From a virus: a stretch of DNA of 64,000 bases. The notes beneath the pieces are model-generated. The model made no database searches and had not been told where the DNA came from. It saw only the letters and a list, made by a program, of their open reading frames with translations. The stretch covers positions 1 to 64,000 of IMG/VR virus record IMGVR_UViG_3300033475_000008; one strand, written 5' to 3'. Positions within the stretch are counted from its first letter, which is position 1, and every line of letters starts with the position of its first letter. The position numbers were made by a program, and so were the translations under genes. Below, in pieces: positions 1 through 8,628 of this stretch.

Positions 1-33
1 TACCACAGCTGTCATGATTGTAAACAGCTACCG

Positions 34-246
34 TCAAGTTCGTCGAGCTGCCTCGACCTCTCGCTTCTTTGCCGGTCGCCACCCTCGGACTCGCCACAAC
101 GTCGTGCCTCGCAGGATCCAGTGCGTGTCACACTCGACGCAACGCACCACCGTGTCAGCGCTCACGTCAAAGATCCCAGGCAACCGGCAGACGTGCTTGC
201 TCGGCAGTGTCCCGATCACCTCATAGGTCTTGTCACTCACTTTCAC
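34..246 (-). CDS. hypothetical protein (CxxC)
   Basis: 70-aa ORF with purine-rich upstream leader; co-oriented with neighbouring small - strand ORFs. Confidence 0.5.
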   Translation of the reverse strand: MKVSDKTYEVIGTLPSKHVCRLPGIFDVSADTVVRCVECDTHWILRGTTLWRVRGWRPAKKREVEAARRT

Positions 247-254
247 TCACTCTC

Positions 255-362
255 TCACTCATCACCGTCAGGGCCGAGTCCAGACGCGTAGCCGATGATC
301 CCGCTCCCGATCACGGTGAGCACACTGGCCAGGATCGACCACCACTGACTATCTGTCAACAC
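255..362 (-). CDS. small membrane peptide
   Basis: Manual translation MLTDSQWWSILASVLTVIGSGIIGYASGLGPDGDE; one hydrophobic helix; GAGGTG upstream. Confidence 0.4.
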   Translation of the reverse strand: MLTDSQWWSILASVLTVIGSGIIGYASGLGPDGDE

Positions 363-371
363 GCGTTCACC

Positions 372-533
372 TCACGTCTCACTCATGGCCACCAGGGCTA
401 AGACGAAGATGAGCCTCATCTTCATGGTGGGCCACGCCACTTGCAGCACCCCGGCTCGAGCCATGATGACCAGGAGTGCCAGCTCCAGGGCCACCAGATC
501 CGACCAGCGAGTCATCTCGATTTCCAGGTCCAT
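372..533 (-). CDS. small hydrophobic protein
   Basis: Manual translation MDLEIEMTRWSDLVALELALLVIMARAG...; 53 aa. Confidence 0.4.
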   Translation of the reverse strand: MDLEIEMTRWSDLVALELALLVIMARAGVLQVAWPTMKMRLIFVLALVAMSET

Positions 534-567
534 CTCTTCACTCTCATCTCATCGATCTCTCACTTAG

Positions 568-930
568 TCACTGTCGAGTGCCTCGGGTCCGTCTCAGGGC
601 CCCGCGTTGCTTGGCCTTATATACCTCTAGCGTGTCTGCCAACGTGGGCAACGCCAGCCAGTCACTCAGGGTCACGTCCAACCAGGCACTCGCCGGGACC
701 TTCAAGCCCTCAAGTTTGAGGTAGACCTGGCACCGGTGGTGCGTGGGCATGAGCCCAGCGCTGGGCCGGGTGTGGTTCACGACCACGGCCTTGAGCACGT
801 GCCGTCCCCCCGGGTCCAAGGCTGCCTGTGCCTCTGTGGAGAGGTAGCGGTCCAGACCGAGTTCCTCGGCGTACTTAGACAGGGCGACCAGTTGTTCCGT
901 GGTCGCGGTCCGGTCTTCCAGGTTGGCCAT
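568..930 (-). CDS. hypothetical protein
   Basis: C-terminal 120 aa of the 568..1941 ORF; ATG at 930 with GGAGG RBS and a GTTTACA promoter directly upstream. Confidence 0.7.
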   Translation of the reverse strand: MANLEDRTATTEQLVALSKYAEELGLDRYLSTEAQAALDPGGRHVLKAVVVNHTRPSAGLMPTHHRCQVYLKLEGLKVPASAWLDVTLSDWLALPTLADTLEVYKAKQRGALRRTRGTRQ

Positions 931-960
931 CTTGCCTCCGTCGTCGCACCTTATACAGAG

Positions 961-990
961 CACCCTACCACACTTCCGTGAGGTGTAAAC
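961..990 (-). promoter_or_regulatory. GTTTACA-type promoter
   Basis: TTTACA-16 nt-TAGGGT on - strand, TGG before the -10 box. Confidence 0.6.
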
Positions 991-1095
991 AAGCAAAAGT
1001 TCGTCTGTATCAACGGTGTCCAACCCACCACTCCTGTGGTAGGTTGTCCACAGCGGCAAGAGGCCGCGCTGAGTGAGTGATAGAGAGGAACCACG

Positions 1096-2574
1096 ATGAT
1101 GGACTTCAACGACCACGCGGTGAGTGACCCGCAGCTGGATAAGCTCCAGCAGGAGCTCCCGTACAACGCCCAGATGGTGTGGGAAGCCGTGCGAGAGCGG
1201 GTCGCCGCTCAACCGCACCCGGACACCCGACGCTACAACGGCTACGACGGGCAGCTCTGGAAGGGCGTGCTCAACGAGGTGGTCACGGAGATGTGGCCGG
1301 CACTGCGAGACGGCACCCTGGACGCGGGAAGCAGCATCACCCTGCGCCGCAAGCTCAACGCCTTCCTGCGCAACAGCAACAACCTCGTCTGCGTCAACCG
1401 GGGTGACCTGAAGAACAGCCACCAGCCCACTTGGTGGGTCAGCGGCGCGTGGAACCCCCTGGTCGTGACCGCGGGGGTCACTCGGGTCCCACCGACTGCG
1501 CTGGGTGACGAGGACCGGGACGTCGAGTCCGTGGTGGAGACCTCGGAGGAGGCACCGGCGGAACTCGCGGAGGTCGAGCAGGCCACTCTGGCCAACGAGA
1601 TCGTCCGAGCCACCGTGACCCCAGACGGGACCACCGGTTACCCGTGTAGCAAGGGCTGCGGCACTCGGATCAGCACCGCGTCCAACCTCCGGAACCACGA
1701 ACGCACCTGCACCGGTGAACCGGCTCAGTTCGAGTGCGACTGGGAGGACTGCGGTCTCAAGTTCACCTCCCCACAGGGACTCGGCTCCCACCGACGCATG
1801 CACACCGGCACCGCCACCAACAAGTACACCGTGATCCCGCCGCCGGAGACCCTGACCCGCGGTGATGACCGCCCCGGTCACTTCTACTGCGACAAGGGTT
1901 GCGGTAGCTGGTTCGGCCAGGCCTACAAGCGGGACCGCCACGAGCTCACCTGTGACGGCAACGAGGCATCCTACGTCTGCCCGCGACGTGGCTGTGACCG
2001 CAAGTACACCAGTGCGCAGGGCCTGTCCTCACACCTTCGGCACCACGACTCGGTGAAGGCGCAGGAAGCCGCGGCTTCGAAGCGAGACATCGTCGCTCTT
2101 GACCGGGTACCTCTCACCCTGACCGAGCTCACCGACGAGCAGGTCCAGGAGAAGGTCCTGGCCGTGGTGCGCACCGCGCAGCAGACCCAGACCCCCGTCA
2201 CCCTGACCATGCTCCGGCTCATCCCCACCGGGGTGAGCCTCGATCAGCGCAAGCGAGTCGTGGCCGACCTGCTGCTCCGGGGACAGCTGCGAGAGGTCGT
2301 GTGCCGGGACCACATGAACCGAGAGCTCAACGTCTACGTGACCGACGAGATCCCGGTCGAGACCCCGGTCGAGACCACCGAGGCCGAGTCGGACCCGGTG
2401 ACGCGGCGCCGGGAGTACGTGACCATGCTCCAGGACCTGCTCCGTGACTACCAGGAGCTGCAGGGCAACACCGTCACTCTGGACCGGGTCCTCGAGGAGA
2501 AGGCTGCACTGACTCGCGAGAACCAGGAACTCCAGGACCGGATCGAGAAGGCCCGCCAGGCGTTCGGCGCTTGA
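1096..2574 (+). CDS. tandem C2HC/C2H2 zinc-finger protein with C-terminal coiled coil
   Basis: Four fingers: CSKGC..HERTC, CDWEDC..F..L..HRRMHTG, CDKGC..HELTC, CPRRGC..Y..L..HLRHH; GAGGA RBS. Confidence 0.8.
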   Translation: MMDFNDHAVSDPQLDKLQQELPYNAQMVWEAVRERVAAQPHPDTRRYNGYDGQLWKGVLNEVVTEMWPALRDGTLDAGSSITLRRKLNAFLRNSNNLVCVNRGDLKNSHQPTWWVSGAWNPLVVTAGVTRVPPTALGDEDRDVESVVETSEEAPAELAEVEQATLANEIVRATVTPDGTTGYPCSKGCGTRISTASNLRNHERTCTGEPAQFECDWEDCGLKFTSPQGLGSHRRMHTGTATNKYTVIPPPETLTRGDDRPGHFYCDKGCGSWFGQAYKRDRHELTCDGNEASYVCPRRGCDRKYTSAQGLSSHLRHHDSVKAQEAAASKRDIVALDRVPLTLTELTDEQVQEKVLAVVRTAQQTQTPVTLTMLRLIPTGVSLDQRKRVVADLLLRGQLREVVCRDHMNRELNVYVTDEIPVETPVETTEAESDPVTRRREYVTMLQDLLRDYQELQGNTVTLDRVLEEKAALTRENQELQDRIEKARQAFGA

Positions 2575-2633
2575 TCCTCTTGGTAGGATAGGTCAGAGAG
2601 GAGAGTGATGACGTGAACGAGGGCGGGGTTGAG

Positions 2634-3197
2634 ATGACTGGCACAGACATCGACGAGAACACGTGGGTGGAACTGCCGGACACGATCGGTACCTCCCGGT
2701 TCCGAGGTGAGCTCCTGGCAGAGGTGAGCACGCAGACTGGTCGCACACTTCGCTGGACGACCATGCAGCTGTTCAAGATCACGGGTGGTGAGCACCAGGG
2801 ACAGTACGTGGTGTCCATCACCGGTCACACGACGGTGTACCACACGGTAGGCAGTTCCTGTAACTCAGGTGTCCCCACCCTGTTGGTGGACCTGCCAGAC
2901 GAGGACCTGGTGCCGTGTCATCTGTGCATGAAGGATGAGAGAGTGATCTACCTGGTGGATCACCCAGATGACTCGGACCCGGACAACTTCATGGAGACGT
3001 GGGCCGTCAACATGGAGAAGAAGTGGTATCACGTGGCTCGATGCACGGATCCACAGCAGGTCGTCGTGGAACTTCGGAAGCGACGTGGCAAGGCACCTAC
3101 CACCGGTGAGATGTCCCGACCCGCGGTGAGACTCCTGCAGCTCGCGGCGCTGAAGGACCAAGCCTTCGACCCGAGGAACATGGTGAACGAGTTGTGA
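2634..3197 (+). CDS. hypothetical protein
   Basis: Long ORF in gene run; start could be 2613. Confidence 0.7.
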   Translation: MTGTDIDENTWVELPDTIGTSRFRGELLAEVSTQTGRTLRWTTMQLFKITGGEHQGQYVVSITGHTTVYHTVGSSCNSGVPTLLVDLPDEDLVPCHLCMKDERVIYLVDHPDDSDPDNFMETWAVNMEKKWYHVARCTDPQQVVVELRKRRGKAPTTGEMSRPAVRLLQLAALKDQAFDPRNMVNEL

Positions 3198-3433
3198 TCG
3201 TAAACCCACTGGTGGCAGCAGCCGCGGGTGACATTTACTTCAAGGGTGCCAACACCCTGGAACAACGTCGCCAGGCTGCTGTCACGGTGGGCCGGGCCAC
3301 GAACCAACACGGCTGCTCGGCTTCGGCTGGGCAGCCGTGTGGTCACCCTGACCACCGACGTGACGTCCACTTCTGCCGCACTCTGCTGGAGATGCTGGAT
3401 CTGCTTGACCTGAGTGACGACGATGAGACATGA
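3194..3433 (+). CDS. hypothetical protein
   Basis: GTGA start/stop overlap with upstream gene. Confidence 0.6.
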   Translation: MIVNPLVAAAAGDIYFKGANTLEQRRQAAVTVGRATNQHGCSASAGQPCGHPDHRRDVHFCRTLLEMLDLLDLSDDDET

Positions 3434-3442
3434 GGAGTTGGG

Positions 3443-4429
3443 ATGCTGATCGTCCTAGAGGGTGTGGACAAGGGTGGTAAGACCTCAGTCGTCCGGGCCC
3501 TCAGTAAGCTCCACCTAAAGACCGGCAGGGGTCAGTTCACCTGCCTCCACCAGGGTCCACCGCCTGAGGGCGTGAATCTGGTGGAGCACTACGAGAGGCC
3601 GCTACTGCAGCCCGAGATGATCACGCGGTGCCTCAGCACTGAGGACCTGGTCGTGTTGGACCGGTGGCACGTCGGTGAGCTCGTGTATGGTCCGCTGCTT
3701 CGTGGTGGGTCCCGGCTCACGGAGGGTGCCGCCCTTCACGTGGAGCTGCTGTTGCAGTCACTGGGCGCGACTCAGGCCCTGGTGCAACCCTACGACGTGC
3801 AAGAGACCCTGAAGAGACACCGCCGGCAACCGGACCTGCTGCTCACGTCTCAGCAAGCCAGTGAGGTCGCGGAGTGGTACCGAGTCTATGCGGTGCACCG
3901 AGACAACTGGTACCAGTATGACAGTGGTGCAGCTTCGGCCACTGAACTCGCTCTCGAGCTACTGCAAGACTCGGCAGACTACACGAGAGAAGTACTCCCC
4001 GTCGCCACCGCTCACCCCTCTTACCTAGGTGACCCACAACCAGACGTGCTCTTGGTAGGTGACACTCGGTCCAACGGTGCTGACGCCTTGACCTGGACCA
4101 CGAAACCGTTCACCCCCGCAGCCACCCTGTCCAGCAGCACCTGGTTGATGGACGCTCTGGCAGCTGCCCCAGTCCCTCCCACTATGTTTGGCCTGGTCAA
4201 TGCCCGGGAGCCAGGGGTACAGTTGAGGAAGTTGTGGTCGGACCTGGGTGAGCCTCGTGTGGTCGCGTTGGGCAACGAGGCGGTCCGAGCCATGAAAGAG
4301 AACAAGCTCGAGTACACGAAGATGTGCCACCCGCAGTGGGCTCGTCGGTTCCGTCATAGTCACCGCGAGGACTACGCGAAGGCACTGAGAAGGGTGGTCG
4401 TCGATGGAGATCCAAACGGAGACTGGTGA
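3443..4429 (+). CDS. thymidylate-kinase-like dNMP kinase fused to a uracil-DNA-glycosylase-like domain
   Basis: N-term IVLEGVDKGGKTS P-loop and LDRW..E.VYG; C-term VLLVGD, PF, PRVVALGNEA and HP motifs of the UDG fold. Confidence 0.75.
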   Translation: MLIVLEGVDKGGKTSVVRALSKLHLKTGRGQFTCLHQGPPPEGVNLVEHYERPLLQPEMITRCLSTEDLVVLDRWHVGELVYGPLLRGGSRLTEGAALHVELLLQSLGATQALVQPYDVQETLKRHRRQPDLLLTSQQASEVAEWYRVYAVHRDNWYQYDSGAASATELALELLQDSADYTREVLPVATAHPSYLGDPQPDVLLVGDTRSNGADALTWTTKPFTPAATLSSSTWLMDALAAAPVPPTMFGLVNAREPGVQLRKLWSDLGEPRVVALGNEAVRAMKENKLEYTKMCHPQWARRFRHSHREDYAKALRRVVVDGDPNGDW

Positions 4430-5363
4430 CCAGGCGTACCGGGACCTGCTGACCAAGGTGCATGACCACGGTGAAGTGGTGTCACCGCGTGGATTCAAGA
4501 CGTGGGAGCTGCGACACGCCACCATCATCATCCGTGACCCGGTTCAGGCCCCACCGGTGAACCTGCGAAGCGGCTACAGTGAATACATCGCAGCCACGGA
4601 GTTGTGTCACCTTCTGGCGGGGGTGAGTCACCTGGGTCAACTGGACGCGGCCAGTCACGGTCGGTTCACCCAGTTTGCTGACGGTGGTCGGTTGCGAGGC
4701 GCGTACGGTCCTCGGCTCTTCAAGCAGCTCCTTCTCATCGAGGACAAGCTTCGGCGTGACCCGGACACCCGGCAAGCCGTGGCCACCATCTGGCGACCAG
4801 ATGAGTTGACCACTCGGGACACCCCGTGTACTCTCACCTTGACCTTCTCAGTGAGACACGGTCTCCTCGAGTTGAAGGTGCACATGCGGTCCAACGACCT
4901 CGTGCTGGGTGTGCCCTACGACTGGTTCATGTTCAGTCGCTTGCAACTGGCCATGGCCCAGGTACTGGGGGTGAGACCCGGGCCATACGTGCATCACGTG
5001 GACAGCCTGCACCTGTATGAGCGAGACGACGAGCGGGCCAGGACGATGGTGCACAACGCGATGCGAGGTGAGAGGGGTCACCGGGTCCTTCCCGCGTTCA
5101 CTCCCCTGAACCTCGCGTCTGGTGGCCTTGACGAAGCCTACACGACGTGGTCTCAGGTGCAGTCCGCGGCCACCGCGGTCTTGTGGCACCGCACCCCGGC
5201 CAACTGGTTCACGGATCGAGTGGAGCGCCTCACTGACGAGGAGGTAATCTGCGTGAGGTGCCAATACGTGGTGCCACGTAACCAGCTTCGTCGTTCCACC
5301 GACGACACCTTGGTAGGCCGGGCACCTGTCTGCTACGAGTGCTGGACCGAGAATGGCGAGTAG
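4404..5363 (+). CDS. thymidylate synthase homologue, probable dCMP hydroxymethylase-type
   Basis: GAYGPR, DPDTRQA, DTPCT (catalytic Cys), MRSND.LGVPYD (Asp at the dUMP/dCMP specificity site), SLHLYE. Confidence 0.8.
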   Translation: MEIQTETGDQAYRDLLTKVHDHGEVVSPRGFKTWELRHATIIIRDPVQAPPVNLRSGYSEYIAATELCHLLAGVSHLGQLDAASHGRFTQFADGGRLRGAYGPRLFKQLLLIEDKLRRDPDTRQAVATIWRPDELTTRDTPCTLTLTFSVRHGLLELKVHMRSNDLVLGVPYDWFMFSRLQLAMAQVLGVRPGPYVHHVDSLHLYERDDERARTMVHNAMRGERGHRVLPAFTPLNLASGGLDEAYTTWSQVQSAATAVLWHRTPANWFTDRVERLTDEEVICVRCQYVVPRNQLRRSTDDTLVGRAPVCYECWTENGE

Positions 5364-5835
5364 ACCCTCGTGGGACGAGGTATGGTTGTCACTGGCTGAC
5401 ACCATGGCCAAGCGGTCCCGGTGTCCCACGGGTGCCGGGGCAGTCATCGTGGACCAGAACCAGCGGGTCGTGTCCACCGGCTACTCAGGTCCACCAGCCG
5501 GGTACCAGTATGAGCGACGTGACCTCTACCCGAGCCACACCTGTGAGGTCTACTGCTTGAGGTCGCGTCGAGCCACGAGTGAGCGCGACTCTGCCTACCT
5601 GGACTGCCCGGCCTCGCACGCTGAGGCTAACGCGGTGGCCACCGGTGACCGGTCACGCATGGAGGGTGGCACTCTCTACGTGTCCTCAGTCCCGTGTTGG
5701 GGGTGTGCCAAGCTGCTGGCCAACTGTGGGGTGAGCCGTGTGGTGTGGCGCCAGGGAGCCGCAGACAGTTACCGGGACCCGCGTCAGGTGACAGAGTTTC
5801 TGAACCGATGTGGGCTGAAGGTGTGGTCGGTGTGA
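5353..5835 (+). CDS. dCMP deaminase
   Basis: RPSWDE, KRSRC, STGY, HAEANA and PCWGC zinc motifs. Confidence 0.9.
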   Translation: MASRPSWDEVWLSLADTMAKRSRCPTGAGAVIVDQNQRVVSTGYSGPPAGYQYERRDLYPSHTCEVYCLRSRRATSERDSAYLDCPASHAEANAVATGDRSRMEGGTLYVSSVPCWGCAKLLANCGVSRVVWRQGAADSYRDPRQVTEFLNRCGLKVWSV

Positions 5836-5907
5836 GTCACAGTTGGTAATGTATACAGTGGTGCTAGAGTGAGTGCCGTGAGGCTGTTGACGAGAGGTGA
5901 GTGAGTC

Positions 5908-6252
5908 ATGAGGCTCTTGAAGGATCACGAGATCTTGTCCCTGGTGAGAAAGCTGGAACCGGGGCTGGAGAAGGACAAGCGGTGGCGAGACGACGCCGCG
6001 TGCCTCACCCAGGACCCGGAACTGTTCTTCCCCATCGGGAACACGGGACCCGCGGTGCAGTGGGCCGAGGACGCGAAGGCGGTGTGCGACCTCTGCCCGG
6101 TGGAGGCCAAGTGCCTGGTGTGGTCCCTGCTGAAGGGGTACAACGACGGCGTGTGGGGCGGCCTGGACGAGAACGAGCGTCGGATCCAGCGTCGTCGGCT
6201 GAAGAGAGCTCAAGACGCCGAGCGAGGAGAAGCGAAGCTACGTGCCAGCTGA
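5908..6252 (+). CDS. whiB: WhiB-family transcription factor
   Basis: AAC..DPELFFP..AKAVC..CPV..C..GVWGGL.E.ER. Confidence 0.95.
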   Translation: MRLLKDHEILSLVRKLEPGLEKDKRWRDDAACLTQDPELFFPIGNTGPAVQWAEDAKAVCDLCPVEAKCLVWSLLKGYNDGVWGGLDENERRIQRRRLKRAQDAERGEAKLRAS

Positions 6253-8059
6253 GAGTCAAGCGATCGAGGTCGCTGGTGCCAGGTCACCGGCGGCCTCACC
6301 GCTGTCTAGCGTGTCACTGCACCTGGTCGAGTCCATGGAGGACCTGTTCGCGTTCAAGCGTTGGCTGGGTGAGCGGCGAGAGACCCCACTGGCAGTAGAC
6401 ACCGAGACAGGTGGCCTGGACCCGTGGAAGACGCGGCTGCGTCTGGTCCAGTTCGGCGACCCGAACACCGGGTGGGCGATCCCGTTTGAGGACTGGCAGG
6501 GAGCAGTGAAGGAGGTCATCCGCACCTACGAGGGCGGGTGGATCTGTCACAACCTTCCCTTCGAGCAGAAGTTCTTCCAGGTCCACGCGGGGGTGACCCT
6601 GCCCTGGGAGAAGTGCGATGACACGATGGTGCAATGCGCGTTGTTGGAGCCGCACAAGCCCAAGGGACTGAAGCCGGCTTCAGAGAGACACGTGGACCGC
6701 GCGGCAGCTCGTGGTCAAGAGGTCTTACACGACGCCATGAGAAAGCAGGGGTGGACCTGGGACACCATCCCTCACACCTTCCCACCCTACTGGATCTATG
6801 GTGCCCTGGACCCAGTGCTCACTGCCAGGTTGTGGCAGTGGGGAAAGCCCCTGGTCACCACGCAGTGCCCTGAGGCCTATGACCTAGAGATGGCAGTTCT
6901 TCGAGTATGCCATCACATGATGTTGAACGGGATGCTGCTGGACGTCCCCTACGTGGAAAGGTCCATCCAGGAACTCCGAGAGTTCAGCTCTCAGGCCAGG
7001 GAGTGGCTGCAACGGGTCCACGGGATCACCAGTCCCATGTCCAGTCTGCAGATCAGTCGAGCCATGACCGCGTTGGGCGTGGACGTGTTGGCCTACACTG
7101 ACGCCGGGTCTCCCAAGATGGACAAGGAGACTCTCACGGTCTACAAGGGGTGGGCCAAGGAGCCTAAGGCGCAGGAGCTAGCCAGCTACGTGTTGTCAGT
7201 GAGACACGCTGACAAGATGCTGGGCAGCTACCTGGAGAACTTCCTGGAGATGCGTGACCGGGATGACCTCATCCACTGCAGCATCAACACTCTGGCAGCC
7301 CGCACGGGTCGGATGTCCGTGACTGAACCAGCACTGCAGACTCTCCCGCGTGACGACAAGATCATCCGTGGGTCCTTCATCCCTCACCCAGACCGGGTCC
7401 TGGTCAGTTGTGACCTCAGCCAAGTTGAAGCCAGGCTCGCGGCACACTTCTCTCAAGACGGTGGCCTCATCGAGGCGTTCCGCCGAGCAGATGAGGACGG
7501 TGAAGACTTCTTCTGCGCCGTGGCTGGGCAGATCTTCAACGAGCCCATCAACAAGGCTGACCTGCGTCGACAGATGACCAAGAACGTCGTGTACTGCTCT
7601 CTGTACGGCGGCGGCGTGACTAAGATGGCACAGACCGCGGGGGTGCCACTGGTTCAGATGCAGCCCGTGAAGTCCGCGTTTGACGCGACCTACCCGGGTC
7701 TGCAGGGACTGATCCAGTCCATCACTGAGGTGGGACGCCGCACTGACCCACCCAGTATCCGCAGTCCACTGGGCCGCATGTTGGTCGCGGACCAGGGCCG
7801 GGAGTACACGCAACTGTGCAACGCCCTGATCCAGGGGCACGCCGCGGAGTACATGAAGCGGTGCGCCGTGGACATGGACGCCTCGGGACTGGGTGACTAC
7901 CTGCGTCTACTGATCCACGATGAGGCTATCTTGGAGGCACCGGTCAAGGAGGCAGAGGAGGTGCTTCACCTGGTGGAGCAGTGCATGACTGACCGGGAAC
8001 GCTACCTGGTCCCCCTGACCGCGGACGGCAAAGTGATGAGTGAGAGGTGGCAGAAGTGA
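6242..8059 (+). CDS. DNA polymerase family A with 3'-5' exonuclease
   Basis: ExoI DTETG, ExoII HN..FE, ExoIII YGALD; TGRMS; motif A DLSQVEAR; motif B R...K...Y...YG; motif C IHDE. Confidence 0.95.
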   Translation: MPAESQAIEVAGARSPAASPLSSVSLHLVESMEDLFAFKRWLGERRETPLAVDTETGGLDPWKTRLRLVQFGDPNTGWAIPFEDWQGAVKEVIRTYEGGWICHNLPFEQKFFQVHAGVTLPWEKCDDTMVQCALLEPHKPKGLKPASERHVDRAAARGQEVLHDAMRKQGWTWDTIPHTFPPYWIYGALDPVLTARLWQWGKPLVTTQCPEAYDLEMAVLRVCHHMMLNGMLLDVPYVERSIQELREFSSQAREWLQRVHGITSPMSSLQISRAMTALGVDVLAYTDAGSPKMDKETLTVYKGWAKEPKAQELASYVLSVRHADKMLGSYLENFLEMRDRDDLIHCSINTLAARTGRMSVTEPALQTLPRDDKIIRGSFIPHPDRVLVSCDLSQVEARLAAHFSQDGGLIEAFRRADEDGEDFFCAVAGQIFNEPINKADLRRQMTKNVVYCSLYGGGVTKMAQTAGVPLVQMQPVKSAFDATYPGLQGLIQSITEVGRRTDPPSIRSPLGRMLVADQGREYTQLCNALIQGHAAEYMKRCAVDMDASGLGDYLRLLIHDEAILEAPVKEAEEVLHLVEQCMTDRERYLVPLTADGKVMSERWQK

Positions 8060-8086
8060 CCACTCTCAAGCGTGAGGAGAAGAGAC

Positions 8087-8290
8087 GTGTCTCAGCAGTG
8101 CGACGTGTGTGACAAGCACCCCGTGTTCGGTAAGACCGTAGCTCGCCTGGGTCGAAACGCCACGCACCGAAAGGTGAAGGGTCGTTCACCTCGACAGTTC
8201 AAGCCCAACTTGCAGACGGTGCGGACCAAGGGCGTGACTCGTCGACGAGTGTGCACCTCGTGTCTCAAGGCCGGAAAGGCCACCCCGTGA
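8087..8290 (+). CDS. rpmB: 50S ribosomal protein bL28 homologue
   Basis: MSQQCDVCDKHPVFG...RQFKPNLQTVR...RRRVCTSCLKAGK; GAGGAG RBS before GTG 8087. Confidence 0.85.
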   Translation: MSQQCDVCDKHPVFGKTVARLGRNATHRKVKGRSPRQFKPNLQTVRTKGVTRRRVCTSCLKAGKATP

Positions 8291-8379
8291 CGTGGCCCGA
8301 CGTGGCAGAGACCCTGGTGGTCGGGACGATCGTCGTGTTTCTGATCGCGATCATCGCTACCAGGAAGGACAAGAAGTGA
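8287..8379 (+). CDS. small membrane peptide
   Basis: MTWPDVAETLVVGTIVVFLIAIIATRKDKK; GTGA overlap with rpmB. Confidence 0.5.
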   Translation: MTWPDVAETLVVGTIVVFLIAIIATRKDKK

Positions 8380-8446
8380 CTGACAGATCTCAAGTGATCA
8401 CCCTCTGCATGTGCGGGCGGCTGGCGGCCGCGCAGGAGAGGACGAT

Positions 8447-8623
8447 GTGGCGAGTCACCACACCAAGAAGCGTTGGAAGGGGCACTGCCCCATGTGCAAC
8501 TGGTACACCATCTATGGGACCGGGTTGTCTCAGCAACGCTCTGGGAGTGAGTTGAAGCGAGCGTTTGAGGGTAAGAAGCGTCGCGTGAAGAGGAATGACG
8601 TACCACGAGAAGAAGAATGGTGA
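8447..8623 (+). CDS. small basic CxxC protein
   Basis: MASHHTKKRWKGHCPMC...; GGAGAGG RBS. Confidence 0.5.
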   Translation: MASHHTKKRWKGHCPMCNWYTIYGTGLSQQRSGSELKRAFEGKKRRVKRNDVPREEEW

Positions 8624-8628
8624 GTGAC

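Noticed and set aside
931-1941. N-terminal part of the 457-aa - strand ORF
   Set aside because: Antisense shadow of the zinc-finger gene; the real start is at 930 with RBS and promoter
4404-5363. Ordinary thyA
   Set aside because: Asp instead of Asn at the specificity site, and a modification-gene context
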